Part shown: positions 33,835 through 45,900 of the stretch, in pieces | Position numbering within the stretch: position 1 is the first letter of the stretch | Layout: each line of letters opens with the position of its first letter | Assembly: GCA_918797485.1 (NCBI GenBank) | Contig: CAKKNE010000005.1 | Coordinates: forward strand, 3,348,001 to 3,412,000 | Length of the DNA: 64,000 nt | Source of the DNA: Pelagomonas calceolata | Taxonomy: Eukaryota | Direction of reading: 5' to 3' | Position numbers and translations under genes: made by a program | Notes under the pieces: generated by a model | Seen by the model: only the letters and a program-made list of their open reading frames with translations | Told to the model about the DNA's origin: nothing | Databases searched by the model: none

Positions 33835-34359
33835 ATGCCCAGCGACACGCCAGTAAGACTGCGCATCAACCTCGCCGCGGCGACGGTCCAGGGCGTCCCC
33901 AGGCCCCCCGGCGCGGAGCACCCCGACGCCATCATCATGAGCACGACAGAGGCGCAGCTCTCCCAACAAAAAAAGCACAAGGCGGACATCATGGCCAAAA
34001 GGGCGATGGAGACCGGCTTAGCCCCAGGGAAAAACATCTTCATGCAGGGCTTCATGATGTACATGTCCGGGTCGTCCATCAACATCTGGTCGATGATGGT
34101 CGTCGGACACGCTTTTTATAACCCCATCAAGGCGTTGCTGTCCATCGACGAGGCCTTCGCGCGCTACGCGTCCGCCGATTCCGAAATCGATCTGACGCTG
34201 CCCAAATTAGCGTTCATCGGCTGCAACGCCGCGATGCTCGCGCTCGCGCTGTGGAAGCTGAACACGATGCGGCTCCTGCCCATCACGGCGGCGGACTGGA
34301 CGTCTTTTTTAGTAGACAAGGTCGACGTCGAGAGCTCGGGCGTGCCACTAACTTTGTAG
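33835..34359 (+). CDS. EMC4: ER membrane protein complex subunit 4
   Basis: A.APGKNIFMQGFMMYMSGSSINIWSMM...NPIKAL...WKL.TM.LLP.TAADW. Confidence 0.88.
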   Translation: MPSDTPVRLRINLAAATVQGVPRPPGAEHPDAIIMSTTEAQLSQQKKHKADIMAKRAMETGLAPGKNIFMQGFMMYMSGSSINIWSMMVVGHAFYNPIKALLSIDEAFARYASADSEIDLTLPKLAFIGCNAAMLALALWKLNTMRLLPITAADWTSFLVDKVDVESSGVPLTL

Positions 34360-34375
34360 ATAGTCTATTACACGA

Positions 34376-35143
34376 TTACACAGGCAAATCCGGCTGCGGC
34401 GTCGTCCGGTACCAGGGCCGCTGCTCCGTGACGCCCTTGGGGAACGCCTCGTTCGCGGCGACCTTCGTGAGGCGCGGCGCGACGTAGACGTCGCGGCCCT
34501 GGAGCCAGTTCGCCGGCGTCGCGACCTGGTGGAACAGCGCCAGCTGGCACGCATCTAATGTGCGCAACACTTCATAAAAGTTCCGGCCGCACGTCGTCGG
34601 GTGCTGCCACGTCGCCTTCACGCGCTTATCGATATCGCACAATATGACGAGCGTCGAGGGCACGAGCGCGTGCACGGGCGCGGGGCCCCACGTCTCCCAG
34701 TCCTGCTTGACGAGGCCGAGCTTCGCCCCAATCACGGCCTCCGGGTCGGAGATGAGCGGAAAGGACACGGAGCAGTCCTCTATTTCTTCCACTGCTTCTA
34801 TCCACGCGCGATGCTGCTCCTTCGACGCGCAGGACACGCCCATCAGGCGACAGTTCCGCGCTTCGAACTCGCGGTGCAGTTTCGACAGCTGGCCCATTTC
34901 GGTCGTGGCGACGGCCTCGGCGTCCGGCGGGAACGTGACCAAAACGCTCCAGACGCCGTCGATCATGTCGTGGTACCCAAATTCTCCGACGGTGCTATCC
35001 GCCCGAAAGTCCGGGACCTCGTCTCCCACCTGCAATTGTAAAAACCGGAACCCGATCTCCTTCGGTTTTTTGGGCTCCCTGGGCTCCTGGTCCGCCCGTT
35101 TCGAGTAGAGCATGAACTTGCGGTTCTCCGAGGACTCGAGCAT
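34376..35143 (-). CDS. 1-Cys (Prx6-type) peroxiredoxin homolog lacking the peroxidatic Cys
   Basis: GDEVPDF.ADST.G, EFEARNC, FPLISD, GRNFYEVLR.LD..QL and VATPANW..G motifs. The active site reads AVATTEMG instead of PVCTTE. Confidence 0.85.
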   Translation of the reverse strand: MLESSENRKFMLYSKRADQEPREPKKPKEIGFRFLQLQVGDEVPDFRADSTVGEFGYHDMIDGVWSVLVTFPPDAEAVATTEMGQLSKLHREFEARNCRLMGVSCASKEQHRAWIEAVEEIEDCSVSFPLISDPEAVIGAKLGLVKQDWETWGPAPVHALVPSTLVILCDIDKRVKATWQHPTTCGRNFYEVLRTLDACQLALFHQVATPANWLQGRDVYVAPRLTKVAANEAFPKGVTEQRPWYRTTPQPDLPV

Positions 35144-35251
35144 CTTGTCCCGCCGCAGTGGCCTTCTGGGGCAGCGCAGCGCTTGTGTGTTGCTGTGTGT
35201 TTGCCGCGCTGGCGGCGTGGGGCAGCCCGCAGCTGCAGCGCCTTTTTGGCT

Positions 35252-35276
35252 TGCTAGTGTCTTACAGGCCGCTAGC
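35252..35276 (+). promoter_or_regulatory. perfect copy of 25-bp upstream motif
   Basis: TGCTAGTGTCTTACAGGCCGCTAGC. Confidence 0.7.
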
Positions 35277-35454
35277 ACGCTCCCGGATTAATCTTAGTCT
35301 CTTCCTTTTGGCATTGTATTGCGCGCTTCGCGTATTGCGGGACGAGAGAGTACTCCACGACTTTTATCGAACGCGCAGACTCGGATCCCGCGACGCCTAC
35401 GACCTTGCAAGTTTTGCAACTTTAGACAAGACAACAAAAACCAATAATTCACAG

Positions 35455-36481
35455 ATGGGCAATAGCTGCAGTTCGTTCAAGTTATATCTCGAGAAGAAGG
35501 TAAGTTAACGGCAGGTACAGTACGATTATTAAGTGAAAGGCGCGCGCAGGTCGCCGGGTCGATCACGAAGCGCACGCTCGCGGCCGACGCGAAACCGATC
35601 ACCAAGGACGGCCAGCCGGAGCCGCCCGAGCTCGCGGCGATCCACGACAGCTGGGACGCGTTATTGGCCAACCACCTGAGACCGTCGGGCGCGCCGGTCG
35701 ACGGCGTGAAATTCGCGGCCGTCTCGTACCTCGAGCTCGCGGCCGAGGACGGCTTCGCCGCGCTCGTCGAGTCCATCGCGAAGGTCTCGCCGAATGCGGT
35801 CAAATCATGGCCGCCGAACGCCCAGTGCGCCTTCTACATCAACGCCTACAACATCCTCTGCGCGGAGCACGTCTGCCGCACGATCAGAAACGGCGGAGGC
35901 CTGCCCGCGTCTGTCAAGGACTGCGTGCCCGAAGGTTCGAAGAAGAAGGAGATCTGGGACGTCCCCGCCGGGGCCGTCGCGGGCCAGACGCTTAGTTTGA
36001 ACGAGATCGAGCACGGCGTCATCCGCACGCGCTGGGACGAGCCGCGCGTCCACGCCTGCGTCAACTGCGCCTCGCGGTCCTGCCCGGATTTGCTTGGGCA
36101 AGCGTATCGCGGCGACCTGTGTGGAAATCAACGAGTGAGTTAGGTTAACGTGGCGTCGACGGCCTGGCAACTCCACGCCATCGAGCAGACGCAGCTACGG
36201 AATAACATCGCGTCGACACAGGCGGCGACGACCGCCTCGACTACCAGCTCACGGCCCAATTCAAGCTCTGGCTCCGGGACGAGACGAAGGGTCTCACGCT
36301 CGACGACGCGAGGAAGCCCATGCTATCGCGCATCTTCCTCTGGTACGCCGGCGACTTTGAGACGAGGGGCGGGTCCCCCGCGTACGCCGCGCAGTACGCG
36401 CCCGCGGGCGCCGCGAGAGACGCGCTCGCGACAATGGCGCCGAGCTACTTCGCCTACGACTGGAACCTCAACACCCAGTAG
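35455..36481 (+). CDS. DUF547-domain protein; introns 35500-35549 and 36109-36221
   Basis: AFYINAYN, SLNEIEHGVIR, EPRVHACVNCASRSCP, LSRIFLWYAGDF and YDWNLN motifs. The MGNSC start suggests acylation. Confidence 0.88.
36109..36221 (+). mobile_element. introner intron with perfect 8-bp TSD and GC donor
   Basis: GCGGCGAC-CTGTGTGG...GACACAG-GCGGCGAC. Removing one TSD copy plus the element restores the DUF547 frame. Confidence 0.92.
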
Positions 36482-36483
36482 GA

Positions 36484-37488
36484 CTAAGTGTCATTAACCC
36501 CCCACCGCCGGAGCACGTCGCAGATGACGACGGTCGCGGCGCAAGCGACGTTCATCGAGTTCTTCGCCCCGTGCGTCGGGATCTCCACGACGTGGTCCAC
36601 GAGACCAAAAAGGGCCTGGTCCACGCCCGTGACCTCGTTGCCGAAGACGAGCGCCACGCCCGGCGATTCCAAAGGTGGTAAAGGAGCAGAAGTATAAGAT
36701 ACGGCGCCGTCGACCGTCTCGAGCGCCCAGACCACGACACCTCGCTCCTTGAGCTCCCGTAAAGCGTCGGCCGTGCTCTCGTAGTGCCGCGTGCCCACGG
36801 CGGACTCCGCGCCGAACGCCGTCTTCGCGAGTTTTGAGGTGGACAGCGGATTCGGCGTGAACCCACAGGTAATCACCGCCTCGACGCGCCCGCAGTCCGC
36901 CGAGCGGTAGATAGACCCCACATTCTCGGCGGACCGGACGTTGTCCAGCACGACATGCAGGGGGTGCGGCTTTAGACCAGCCGCCCGGCGCGCCTGTGCC
37001 GCTAAATCGGTATTCCGCAGGTGCGTCGCCCTTCTAGCTAGCTCGTGCCTTTGTAAAAACGCGATCTGGTGCGCGGCGTTCTCGGGCGTCTGGCCGACGG
37101 CGTTGTCCTTCGCGCGCGGCCTTATGTACGTCTGGAAGGCCTTTTTTGGCGGCCCGCCCTCGATACTATCGGCGTCGACGCCGAGCTTCTGCAGGGCTTC
37201 CCTTAATTCCTTTTCTCGTTTGTCCGAGTCCGCGGCCTTGTCCCTTAACGAACCGACGACGTGGCTGCTCTTCTTTTCTTCTCGAGCATCACTCGCGTCC
37301 AGGTTCCGCCGCGCGACCTCGGCGAGGAGCTGCGCGCTGTCGACGGCCCGCAGCGCGTCGAGCGCGTCGTCGCTCGTCGCCGTGGAGAAGAGCGACGACG
37401 CGGTTTGGCCCATGCGGCGCGTCGGTCGCGTGGGCTGCAGGGCGTGAGCGGAGGCGAGGGCGAGCACCGTGCGGCACCGGCGCCACAT
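36484..37488 (-). CDS. SpoU/TrmH-family RNA 2'-O-methyltransferase
   Basis: VVLDNVRSAENVGSIYRSAD, LVFGNEVTGV and IPTHGAKNSMNVA motifs. Confidence 0.92.
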   Translation of the reverse strand: MWRRCRTVLALASAHALQPTRPTRRMGQTASSLFSTATSDDALDALRAVDSAQLLAEVARRNLDASDAREEKKSSHVVGSLRDKAADSDKREKELREALQKLGVDADSIEGGPPKKAFQTYIRPRAKDNAVGQTPENAAHQIAFLQRHELARRATHLRNTDLAAQARRAAGLKPHPLHVVLDNVRSAENVGSIYRSADCGRVEAVITCGFTPNPLSTSKLAKTAFGAESAVGTRHYESTADALRELKERGVVVWALETVDGAVSYTSAPLPPLESPGVALVFGNEVTGVDQALFGLVDHVVEIPTHGAKNSMNVACAATVVICDVLRRWGVNDT

Positions 37489-37671
37489 GTGTTTGCAGTG
37501 CGGAGCACTGCTACCTGAGGGCTAATGCTGTTGCACTACGTCTGCTGAGCCTCTCAGGATGTTTGCGGCGCAGCAAACTGGATGGGTCGGTCGAGAACCA
37601 CGAGCACGCGACAATGCCAACCTGGCAACGTCTACACAAGCGATTGCTCTGCGCTGCCCGCCCTTGAGGCA

Positions 37672-37696
37672 GCTAGCGGCATGTAAGACACTAGCA
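37672..37696 (-). promoter_or_regulatory. copy of 25-bp upstream motif
   Basis: Plus strand GCTAGCGGCATGTAAGACACTAGCA, 1 mismatch. Confidence 0.65.
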
Positions 37697-39333
37697 AGCA
37701 TCGGAACACTCATGCAGCCGTTCGAGTATCGTTCCGTTCGCTAATGGTCCAAAGAGATCAATGGGACACTTCCTCGGGGCCGAAAAAAGACATAGTTTAA
37801 TTCGCGGCGACGACGCCGCCATGGGCCATGCCGGCTGCGCCAGTTTAATCCTGTCAATCCCTGCCAAACAGGTCTCCCTGGGGTCGCCTAGGGTCGGTAC
37901 TTTACACGTGCACGCGCCTACACCGCATACGCCGCCGCTTCAAGCATTTTTGGCCCAATTCTCTCAACAGCCCGCGCAGATTAGCAATAATAGGCCATGG
38001 TTTGCTTCCAGGGCTCTCCGAGAGCACTAGGCTGCTGCATCGACGGCGTATGCGGTACAGGCGACTACCCACCACCAGACCTGCCCCGAGGGGCCTCCAG
38101 GAGCTGATCTGCCCCCGAAAAAAGTAAACAATTTGGGCCCGATGGCGCCCCGTCCCCGTAAAAAACGTCAATTACCCGAGGCCCCCCAGGAATCGTAATA
38201 GCGGTCTCGTCGGACCCCATACTACCCCAACGATAGTCAATTACAAGTATATGACATCTACACCACGAGAAGGGTACTTTTGGCTGCCCACGCTTGGGAC
38301 GTGAACATCTTGATCTGGACCCCGCGCAAGTCGGTCGTTCATGAAACAAATGATCGCGTTATGGTCCACGGTGAGGGTACACGGGCTGATGGACGCAGGT
38401 CCAGCTCTAAGCCCGAATTAGCGAGATCGTGGGGGCCGCGAGACCGACGACCCGCTCCGAGCATCGTGGGGTCTCGAGCAATGTAGTATTGGCTCAGGCC
38501 GGTTAGCTGGCCCGTCCCGGAACCGAAGCGCCTGAAACGCAAATTTATTTTATAACTCACGGGTCTGGGGCCTTTCTGATGCTCCGTCTCCGCACCGTCG
38601 TCCGCGGAGAACGGGCAAGTCGATCGATCGTGAATAGAACAACGGTGTTATGGTCCATCTGGGGGGTGGCGTCGCCGATACCCGCGGGTCCAGGTTTTGA
38701 GCCCCCCTTCATGAAACGTGGGGTTGCGAAGATGACGAATCGCGCCGCTCTAACGGACCACCTACCATAGCTCATAGTCGCTGAGGCGGACTGGATGGCA
38801 TCTACCGACAACAAACGGATAAAAACGAACATAAACTCGGGAGTTGTCTAGTAGAATTCTTCTCCCGCCCTCCGAGCGCGGGCCGTCGGCTCCGGTTCCG
38901 TCGAGTGTGGATGAAAACTGAGCTGGAGTTGATATAATGTACCATCTGGACGGTGGATGGCGGCGTCAAGCGCTGGTGTATTTTGGCGAGCCGCAAGACT
39001 CATCCGTGAATGTCGCGAGCGGTGCCTTCCGGGAGGCGAGAGGGTATGTTCCCGGGCCGCTACTCTGAAATATTTGGTCTCGGCGAACGACTAGGATGTG
39101 TTCTGAATTTTGGTCATTCTTTTGACGCTATCCAAGCGTATCTTTGAATTTGCTAGTGTGTCGATATACGCTAGCTCCGGTCGGCTCTTTTTGGGCGGAG
39201 CCGAATAACCTCGCACCTTGGTACATGGGACTACTTCCGGCGCGCTCGCGCAGTCATAGACGCCATCGACGCGATATATATATATATATATCAAATACTT
39301 ATCGGGCCTTTGCCGCGCGGTCCGTCGAGACTC

Positions 39334-39501
39334 CTATCCCACGACCGTGCCCTGAGCCGTCGCCACGGGCGCCGCGGCCGGCACCGCCACCGTGAAGTAC
39401 TGGCCCGGGCCGACCCCTGGCGGGACGGTCACCTGGACATTTTGGCCGTTGTGTGGCGCCGACACAAGCGTCCCCGGGCCGGCGCCGGCGGGGACCATGA
39501 C
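39334..39501 (-). pseudogene. headless 3' exon of a host gene abutting the left TIR
   Basis: 55 codons plus TAG: VMVPAGAGPGTLVSAPHNGQNVQVTVPPGVGPGQYFTVAVP..., with an internally repeated VP.G..PG motif. It is below the ORF-track cut-off. Confidence 0.7.
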
Positions 39502-39560
39502 CTATTTTTTAGCTATTAATTTAATCCCAGGTTTTAGTCGCGGCTCGCTCGCGCCTCGCT
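39502..39560 (+). repeat. left TIR (59 bp)
   Basis: CTATTTTTTAGCTATTAATTTAATCCCAGGTTTTAGTCGCGGCTCGCTCGCGCCTCGCT. Confidence 0.95.
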
Positions 39561-40373
39561 AAGACAAAATCGCGTCTTGCTCGGCCCGTCTTGCACCTCC
39601 GAGGCCTGGGCCGCGCGACTGGCTCTACGTGGGCCGTGACTTGCCCCTCGTAACTTACAGCGCTCAAAACGGTGCCGGAGTCGCTCGTTCTCGAGGAGAG
39701 CCCAAAATCGTGACGCGCCGCGCTCGCCGCTGGACGAAAGCGGGGCTGGTCCGAGGCGCCCCGGCGGGGCCCCAGGGTCATATGCATCGGCGCTGAGCGA
39801 AAACAGGAAAAGTTATCGAACCCCGACGCAAATATTCGCGGCGGACCGCGGACGCGTTTTTTTCCGACGCGGCTCACGCGGCAGGAACTGCACGAGCGAT
39901 GAAGGTGGCGGTACCACGCGAAGGTTTGGACGTCGGCCAGCCCTCTGACAGCTCGTGAGGGTCGGCGGTGTCGTAGGGTGCTTTTCCTCTCGCGCCCCGG
40001 CGCGTGCGAGCGCGAGAAACGGGTCTGGCGGCGCGCGGGTGGCAATTTCGAGGACGCGAGGCGCGGCACGTCGCCGTCGTGATGGAACCGCGTCGTTTGC
40101 CCGCCTCGGCCGAGTACGTCGAGGCGTGATGGGCCCTGCGCGGGGCCATGACGCGCAGCGGTTTTCGGGCGACGGCGTCGGAGGCGTATTGGTGGTCTCC
40201 GAGGCTCAAAGCGTGCCGCGGGGTCAGGTGGGCTACGGAGAGCCGCCGCGCGCCGCCCGGCGAGGCGGCCAGGCTCCGGTCTCGGATATGGCTCCCTCGG
40301 CTCGCCCGGGTAGCCTTCCAAGTAACAATCTTACACCAAGACTACAAACACGCTCCCAGAATAAGAGGGTCGT

Positions 40374-42720
40374 TCAATTTTCGGAGTTGTCGTAGATTCC
40401 CCGTCGTCGGACCTGTCGGCCCCTCCGCGTCTCCGTGGGAGACTCTGGCGCCGCCGGCGCCGCGTCGGAGTCGGAGTCGGCGTCGCGGACGAGCGCCATC
40501 CTCCACGAATCTAGATTCAGCGACAGGTTCATGCGCCGCGGCCGGGGCGGCGGCGGGTCGAGGGGTTCGAGGCCGGCCGCGCGCCGCAAATCATTAGTGT
40601 CGTCCAGGGGGACGTCGAAGGTAAGGTGGCCGCGAGGCCCCACGTAGCCACCGGTGGAGTCCGTCAAAAGGGCCCGCTGCGAGTCGACGCGCTCCTCCGC
40701 CAAGCGCGCCGCCTCGGCGTGGCACGCGGCGACGGCGGCGGCGTCCGCCTCATCCGACGCCCACCGCGCACGCAGGTGCTCGACCGACGCGTGCAGCCCG
40801 ACGCCCGGCTGTCGCTCGCCGAAGGCGGTCTCGTACAAAACAGCGGCGGTCGGCGTCTGGCGCGCAGCCGGCGCGCCCGGCAACAAACTCGTCCGCTCGA
40901 GCTCCGTCGCCGTTCCCTCGGCCTCCAGCGCGGTTTCGAAGGCCGCATCGTAGTCCCGCCGTCGCTCCGCGAGAGCCGCCGCCGCAGCCGCCTCGTCCGC
41001 ATAAGCGGAGAGGATGCGCGGGTCGTCCCTCGGCAAATTCCGCCAAGGGTTGCTCGCGTTGATCATCCGTAGACTCGAGGCGACGCGCGCGTCCAGCTCC
41101 GGGTCCAGCGCAAACATTTCTTGAAAAAACGAATAGCCCCCCTTGGCCCTCGACTTCGGCGCCTCGAGGTAGAAGCCGCTCGGCACGTGTTGCGCCGCCC
41201 GCGCCAGCGAAGCCGCCTCGTGCGACGCGGCGTCGGCGCCGGCCCACGCCATCGCACAGCGCGGCGGCCGCTCGCCGACCAGCCGACCGCCGAAGAACAG
41301 CGCCGCGAATTTGACGCGGAATCCGGAGGACGCGAGCGTCGTCGACCTGCGCGGGGGCGACCGGTCATGCGCCGCGCCCCCGCCGTCGCGCGGACGGCGG
41401 GGACGCGGCGCCGCGTCGATGGCGTACCGGTACAAACTCATTTAAAAGACCTTTGACTGCAACGCGAGGCACTCGCCCGCCGTCGTGAATTACATACATG
41501 GAATTCATGCCCTCAATAAGCCGGCGGAGCTCCTGGACCACGGCTAAGTCGTAGGTCGCCACGGCGCGCAGGCACCACGTCGGGGAATACGTGATGCCCG
41601 TCTCACTGCGTTCCTGCCTCAAGATCGCGGCCGCCGCTTTGTTCGCGAGCTTGTGCTGGGCCATGAAGTCGTAGACCTCTCTCAAATAACGAGCCGGAAT
41701 CGGGCGCCGTCCCAGCGTCAGCGCCTCCTCCAGCGACTCGACGAGCGAACGCGGCGCGGCGCGGCGAGACTTCAAAATCACGGCAGTACCGGCAGCGATG
41801 GCAGGTTTTAACCCGAGGTACTGTCGCCGGAAGTCGACGATGGGGAGGTCCCGCGGTACGACGGGCAGCCAGCCCTGCGACGCCTCGGCGTGCGCGTTGT
41901 AGAACTGCCGCGCTTGCTTTATCGACCGGCGCATGCGCTTGAGGAATAACTGCTTGTTCTGGCGCGCCGCCTCGAGGTGCGTCTCCATCGCGGCCTGAGG
42001 CAGCACGACGCCGAGCTTTCTAAAGTAGACCACGGCCTCCGCAGCGGCGCGCGCCTTGCACCAGTCCCTCGACACCGCCTTGCAGATGAACTCGTCGGCC
42101 ATGGTTCGGGTGAGCGACCGCCAGGCCGCCACGGCGACGGCGGGCGCCGCGGCGCTCGACGTCTCCAGGGCCGCGAGCGCCGTCGGCTCTATCTGGAGCC
42201 TCGGAGGACGGCCGCGACGCGCAGGCGGCGGCTCCAAGGTCCCGTCGGGATACTCCGCCACCACGCGCTTGCGTTTTTTCTTCGAGCCCGCGGCGCCGCC
42301 CGTCCGGGGCGGCGCGTTGACGCCCCCGAGGCTTTGACGCCGATAGGCCGTGGCCGGGGGGACGTAGGCTCGGGCAGCGGCCGCAGGCGCAGGCGCGGGG
42401 CTCAGCGCGGTCTCGTCGGTGCCCGAGACCTGGGCCAGTCGATGCTCGAGGAACGTGAGCACGCCTGCAACCGCAGGCGCAGCGTTATTATTTTGCAAGG
42501 GGGCGGCGGCCGCGTACAGCTCGCCGCCGAAGCCGCGCCCGAACACTTGAGGAGCGCCTTGGAGCTGCAAATGGCTCATGACGTTGTGGAACTCCCTCGG
42601 GGTGTTGCGCACGACGCCTTTTTTGGCTAAGACATATTCTATCATTTTTGTGATCTTAGTCCCAGGATGAGCTTTGGGTGGTGGCTGCCTCCTGCGCCTT
42701 GTTGGCCCCGTAATGGTCAT
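40374..42720 (-). CDS. transposon second gene, hAT N-terminal-like; intron from 41476 or 41437 to 41347
   Basis: The 474-aa and 355-aa ORFs can be joined by a phase-2 intron containing CGCCATCGACGCG and ending GCGCAG. It has an AT-hook-like RRGRPP and a YSP...MYVIHDGG segment. Confidence 0.6.
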
Positions 42721-42980
42721 GGTGATGATTTGTGACAGCGATGCTACATGTTTTTCGTTATTTCGAGAGCTGTGCGGCGCGTCGCGCACGGGCGCTTGAG
42801 CCGCATCCTAAAAAGCATCGGAGCTAGCTCATAGAGCTACTAGCTGTCTGGCCTCGGCCCGCGATCTCGTCGTAAACGAGTATGCACGCCCTTCTACGGC
42901 TCCGACCGCTCGATTCACAAGTCCGTCCGGCCAGGCCTGGTCTGCGGACTGCATAAAGTAGCAGGCAAGCCAAGGTAAAA

Positions 42981-45900
42981 ATGATCCGTGTACGCCCCAC
43001 GGTCGTCCGGAGCACGATTTTGATTCTTCACGTCCTCGGTCCTGGCGTGCAGTTGGCGCTGACGGTCTCGAATAATGATTCCGTCGCGTTCCTCAAGAGT
43101 TTGGCTGCAGCCAACTTATGGCAAAGAATGTCGCATCCGGGCCTCGCCTCGCCCGACGATCTCGCCAAAAAGATGCGCATCGGCCGCCTCGATTATTTCT
43201 GGGACGATGCCAACGAACTGCGCATGTACGGCGTCGGCGAGGGCGCATACGAGCATCGTTTCACGGCGTTCGTGTTCGGCGTGGGCCCACAATCGTACAC
43301 GGTGGGCGTGAACGACATCAACTCTCAGAGCTTTTATTTCCCATTGTCCGGCGCGACCACTACTGGTGTTGAGACAGGGCTCTCCATCGCGACCGTCATT
43401 ACCGACGCGATCGACGGTATCACCGACACGATCGAGGCGGCCGCAGTCTTCAGGCGAGCAGGCCAGATGATATCTTTTGTAAGTGATGGAGCAGCGACTG
43501 CTATGAAGGCGCGGTATCACTTCGAATTGCTAAAGGAACAGGTCCTCGGGAAGGCTTCCGTGGGCGTTTTTCAAGTCATGTGTTTCTGTCACGTGCCACC
43601 AGTGCGGAAAACCGACTACGCTTCTAGGACGACGGAGATGCCGACATTGGGTCGCGACGCCTTCGACGCGACGTCGCGTCCACGCGCGACGCCGTCGCGC
43701 GCCCGACGCACGCGCTTGGGTCCTACGTAGGTCATTCACGACGGAGTCCTGCACGCCGTGACGGAGAACTCGCCGCCGCACCCTTCCTGGAGGCGTCAAA
43801 ACCACAACGCCGTCTTCATTTTCTTTTTGGAGCATGTATCGAACTACCTGCACAATTCCTTCCGCGAACTAGACATTGGCTTCATTCCGAAATGTCCTCT
43901 CGGCCAGGAGACGCGCTGGGGAACTTATATCAAAGTAGCTTCGTATCTTGTGTCGTATAGAGCTCTATTGTTAGTCGCGTTGCTGGCTCTTCGCGACAAA
44001 AAAGATAGGAAGGTCTGGTTCAGCGTGGACCTACAGGACGCCTTCAACGTGGCCTGGTCCCCGTGCCGTCGACGTGCCAATTGCGCGACGACGCCGCGAT
44101 TCAGCGATCGACGTCGCGCAGGCCCGCGAATCGGACAAGGACCTCAACTACACCATCTTCATCCTGTCCGACCCGAGCATGTTCATTCAATTGTGCGTCC
44201 TCGCCGAGTTTGGCCTCGGCCTGGCCATCCCCGCGCTCATGTGGGGCCAGCAGAGAAAAGGGCAGCGCGTGATGGAGATCCACGAATATCTCATAAGGCA
44301 CTTCGCCTTGATCGCCTCCCTGCGCGCGGACCCGCACGCTTTCTTCGTCCACACGTTCTACCACGCCGAGGAATTGGGCCTCTCCGAGGAGGACGTCTGC
44401 GCCCATATTTCTAGCATGCTCCGCGCCTACGAAATGTACATCGCGAACCGTTTTGGGCATTGGTTCCGATTACCGTGGGCCTGGGCGCTGCTCTGCCACT
44501 CGGTCTACGGCCGCGACGTCGCCAAGCAACTCGTGCAGCTCGTCAATAGCGGCCGGCTCGCGCGCAGCGGCATGCTCGCCGCCAAGATTGACTACGCCGG
44601 CGTCCTGGCCGACGACGCGCTCTGGGCGGCCGTCGTCGCGTTCGCCGGCGGCACGGACCCCCTCGACGCCGCGGCGCACACCCAGAGTCTGAAAAAATTA
44701 CGGCGAGAGCGATTCCCCGCGCGCCGCGCGCCGCGATCAGCCGTGGCCGGCGCGCGGCCGCGTCTAGACGCACACACAACACAACACAACACGCGCCACG
44801 CGAACGCGCCGTCGACGCGCCACCGCCGGTTCGCGCACCACCTCGACGCCGCGTCGGCCTTCGGGACCCGCGTCGACGGCGTGGGAGTGGGACCACTTCA
44901 ACCAACGCCGCGCACGCCGTAACCCGCCCACGCACACCGTCGCCGCAGGTCGTCACCGCCATCACGAACGTCTTCGACCACATCCCGATCCACTCGGCCA
45001 TGGCCGAGGTCGGCGTGAAGACGTGCCGCGGCGCGGACGTCAACACATTGTTGAATGACCACGGCCTGGGCACGGTCCTGCGGAGCATGAACTCGGAGTT
45101 CAACCTGTCGGACCGCGTCGCGAACGAGGCCTCCATCGCGGGCGCGCGGCACGCCCTCGTCGCGGCGGAGGCCGCGCGGCGCCAGGAGAAGCTCGAGCGC
45201 GCGACCAAGGCCCGCGCCGACTTCGGCGACGCGTGGTCCGAGCTCTTCGACGGGGAAGAGGACGCCGCCAAGGTCTACTCGGACCTGGCGCGCGACAGCG
45301 CCGCGTACGCCCAGGGCCTCGCGTCCGCCGCGTCCGCGCGATCGGATCAGGCGCACGCCCGGCGCCACGGCATCGCCGCCGCGCCCGCGCCCGCCGCCGC
45401 CGACGTCGAGGAGGCGGCCGCCGGCGCGCCGTCGGTCAGCGCCCGCGCCGCTTCAAACGCCGCCGCCTTCGCCGCCTCGCCGTTCGCGATCCTCGAGCCC
45501 ATCGTCCCGTACCTCGTCCACATCCTCAAGATCATCACCATGGACCGCTGCACCGACTCCGCCGACATCGCCAAGTACCTCTCGTACCTCGTCGCCAAGC
45601 TACCGTCCGTGGGCGCGATCCCCGCCGCGAAGGCCAAGTGCCCGTTCTGCACCAACTCGTGGACGTCCGTCAAGGGCGCCACCGAGCTTCGCGCGAACCA
45701 CATCCACACAAGGCACATCCTCCCGATGCAGGCGGGCGCCGGCAGCTACTTTGAGGGCCTCGTCGGCGGCCTCGGCGCGTACGCGCTGCCGACGCAAGTC
45801 GCCGACGTCGCCGACTACCGCTCTGCGTGCGCGGCCGGCGCCCCGAAACCGGCGTCGTATCGACCATCTATCCGCAGGTCCACGCACAAGTACCTGGACC

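Noticed and set aside
38660..38710. tRNA-like GGGGG...GGTTTTGAGCCCCCC
   Set aside because: No cloverleaf and no proper TTCGA T-loop or D-arm.
39521..40321. 266-aa minus-strand ORF inside the element
   Set aside because: Arg/Pro-rich with no codon bias, starts at a non-ATG codon and runs into the TIR; probably spurious.
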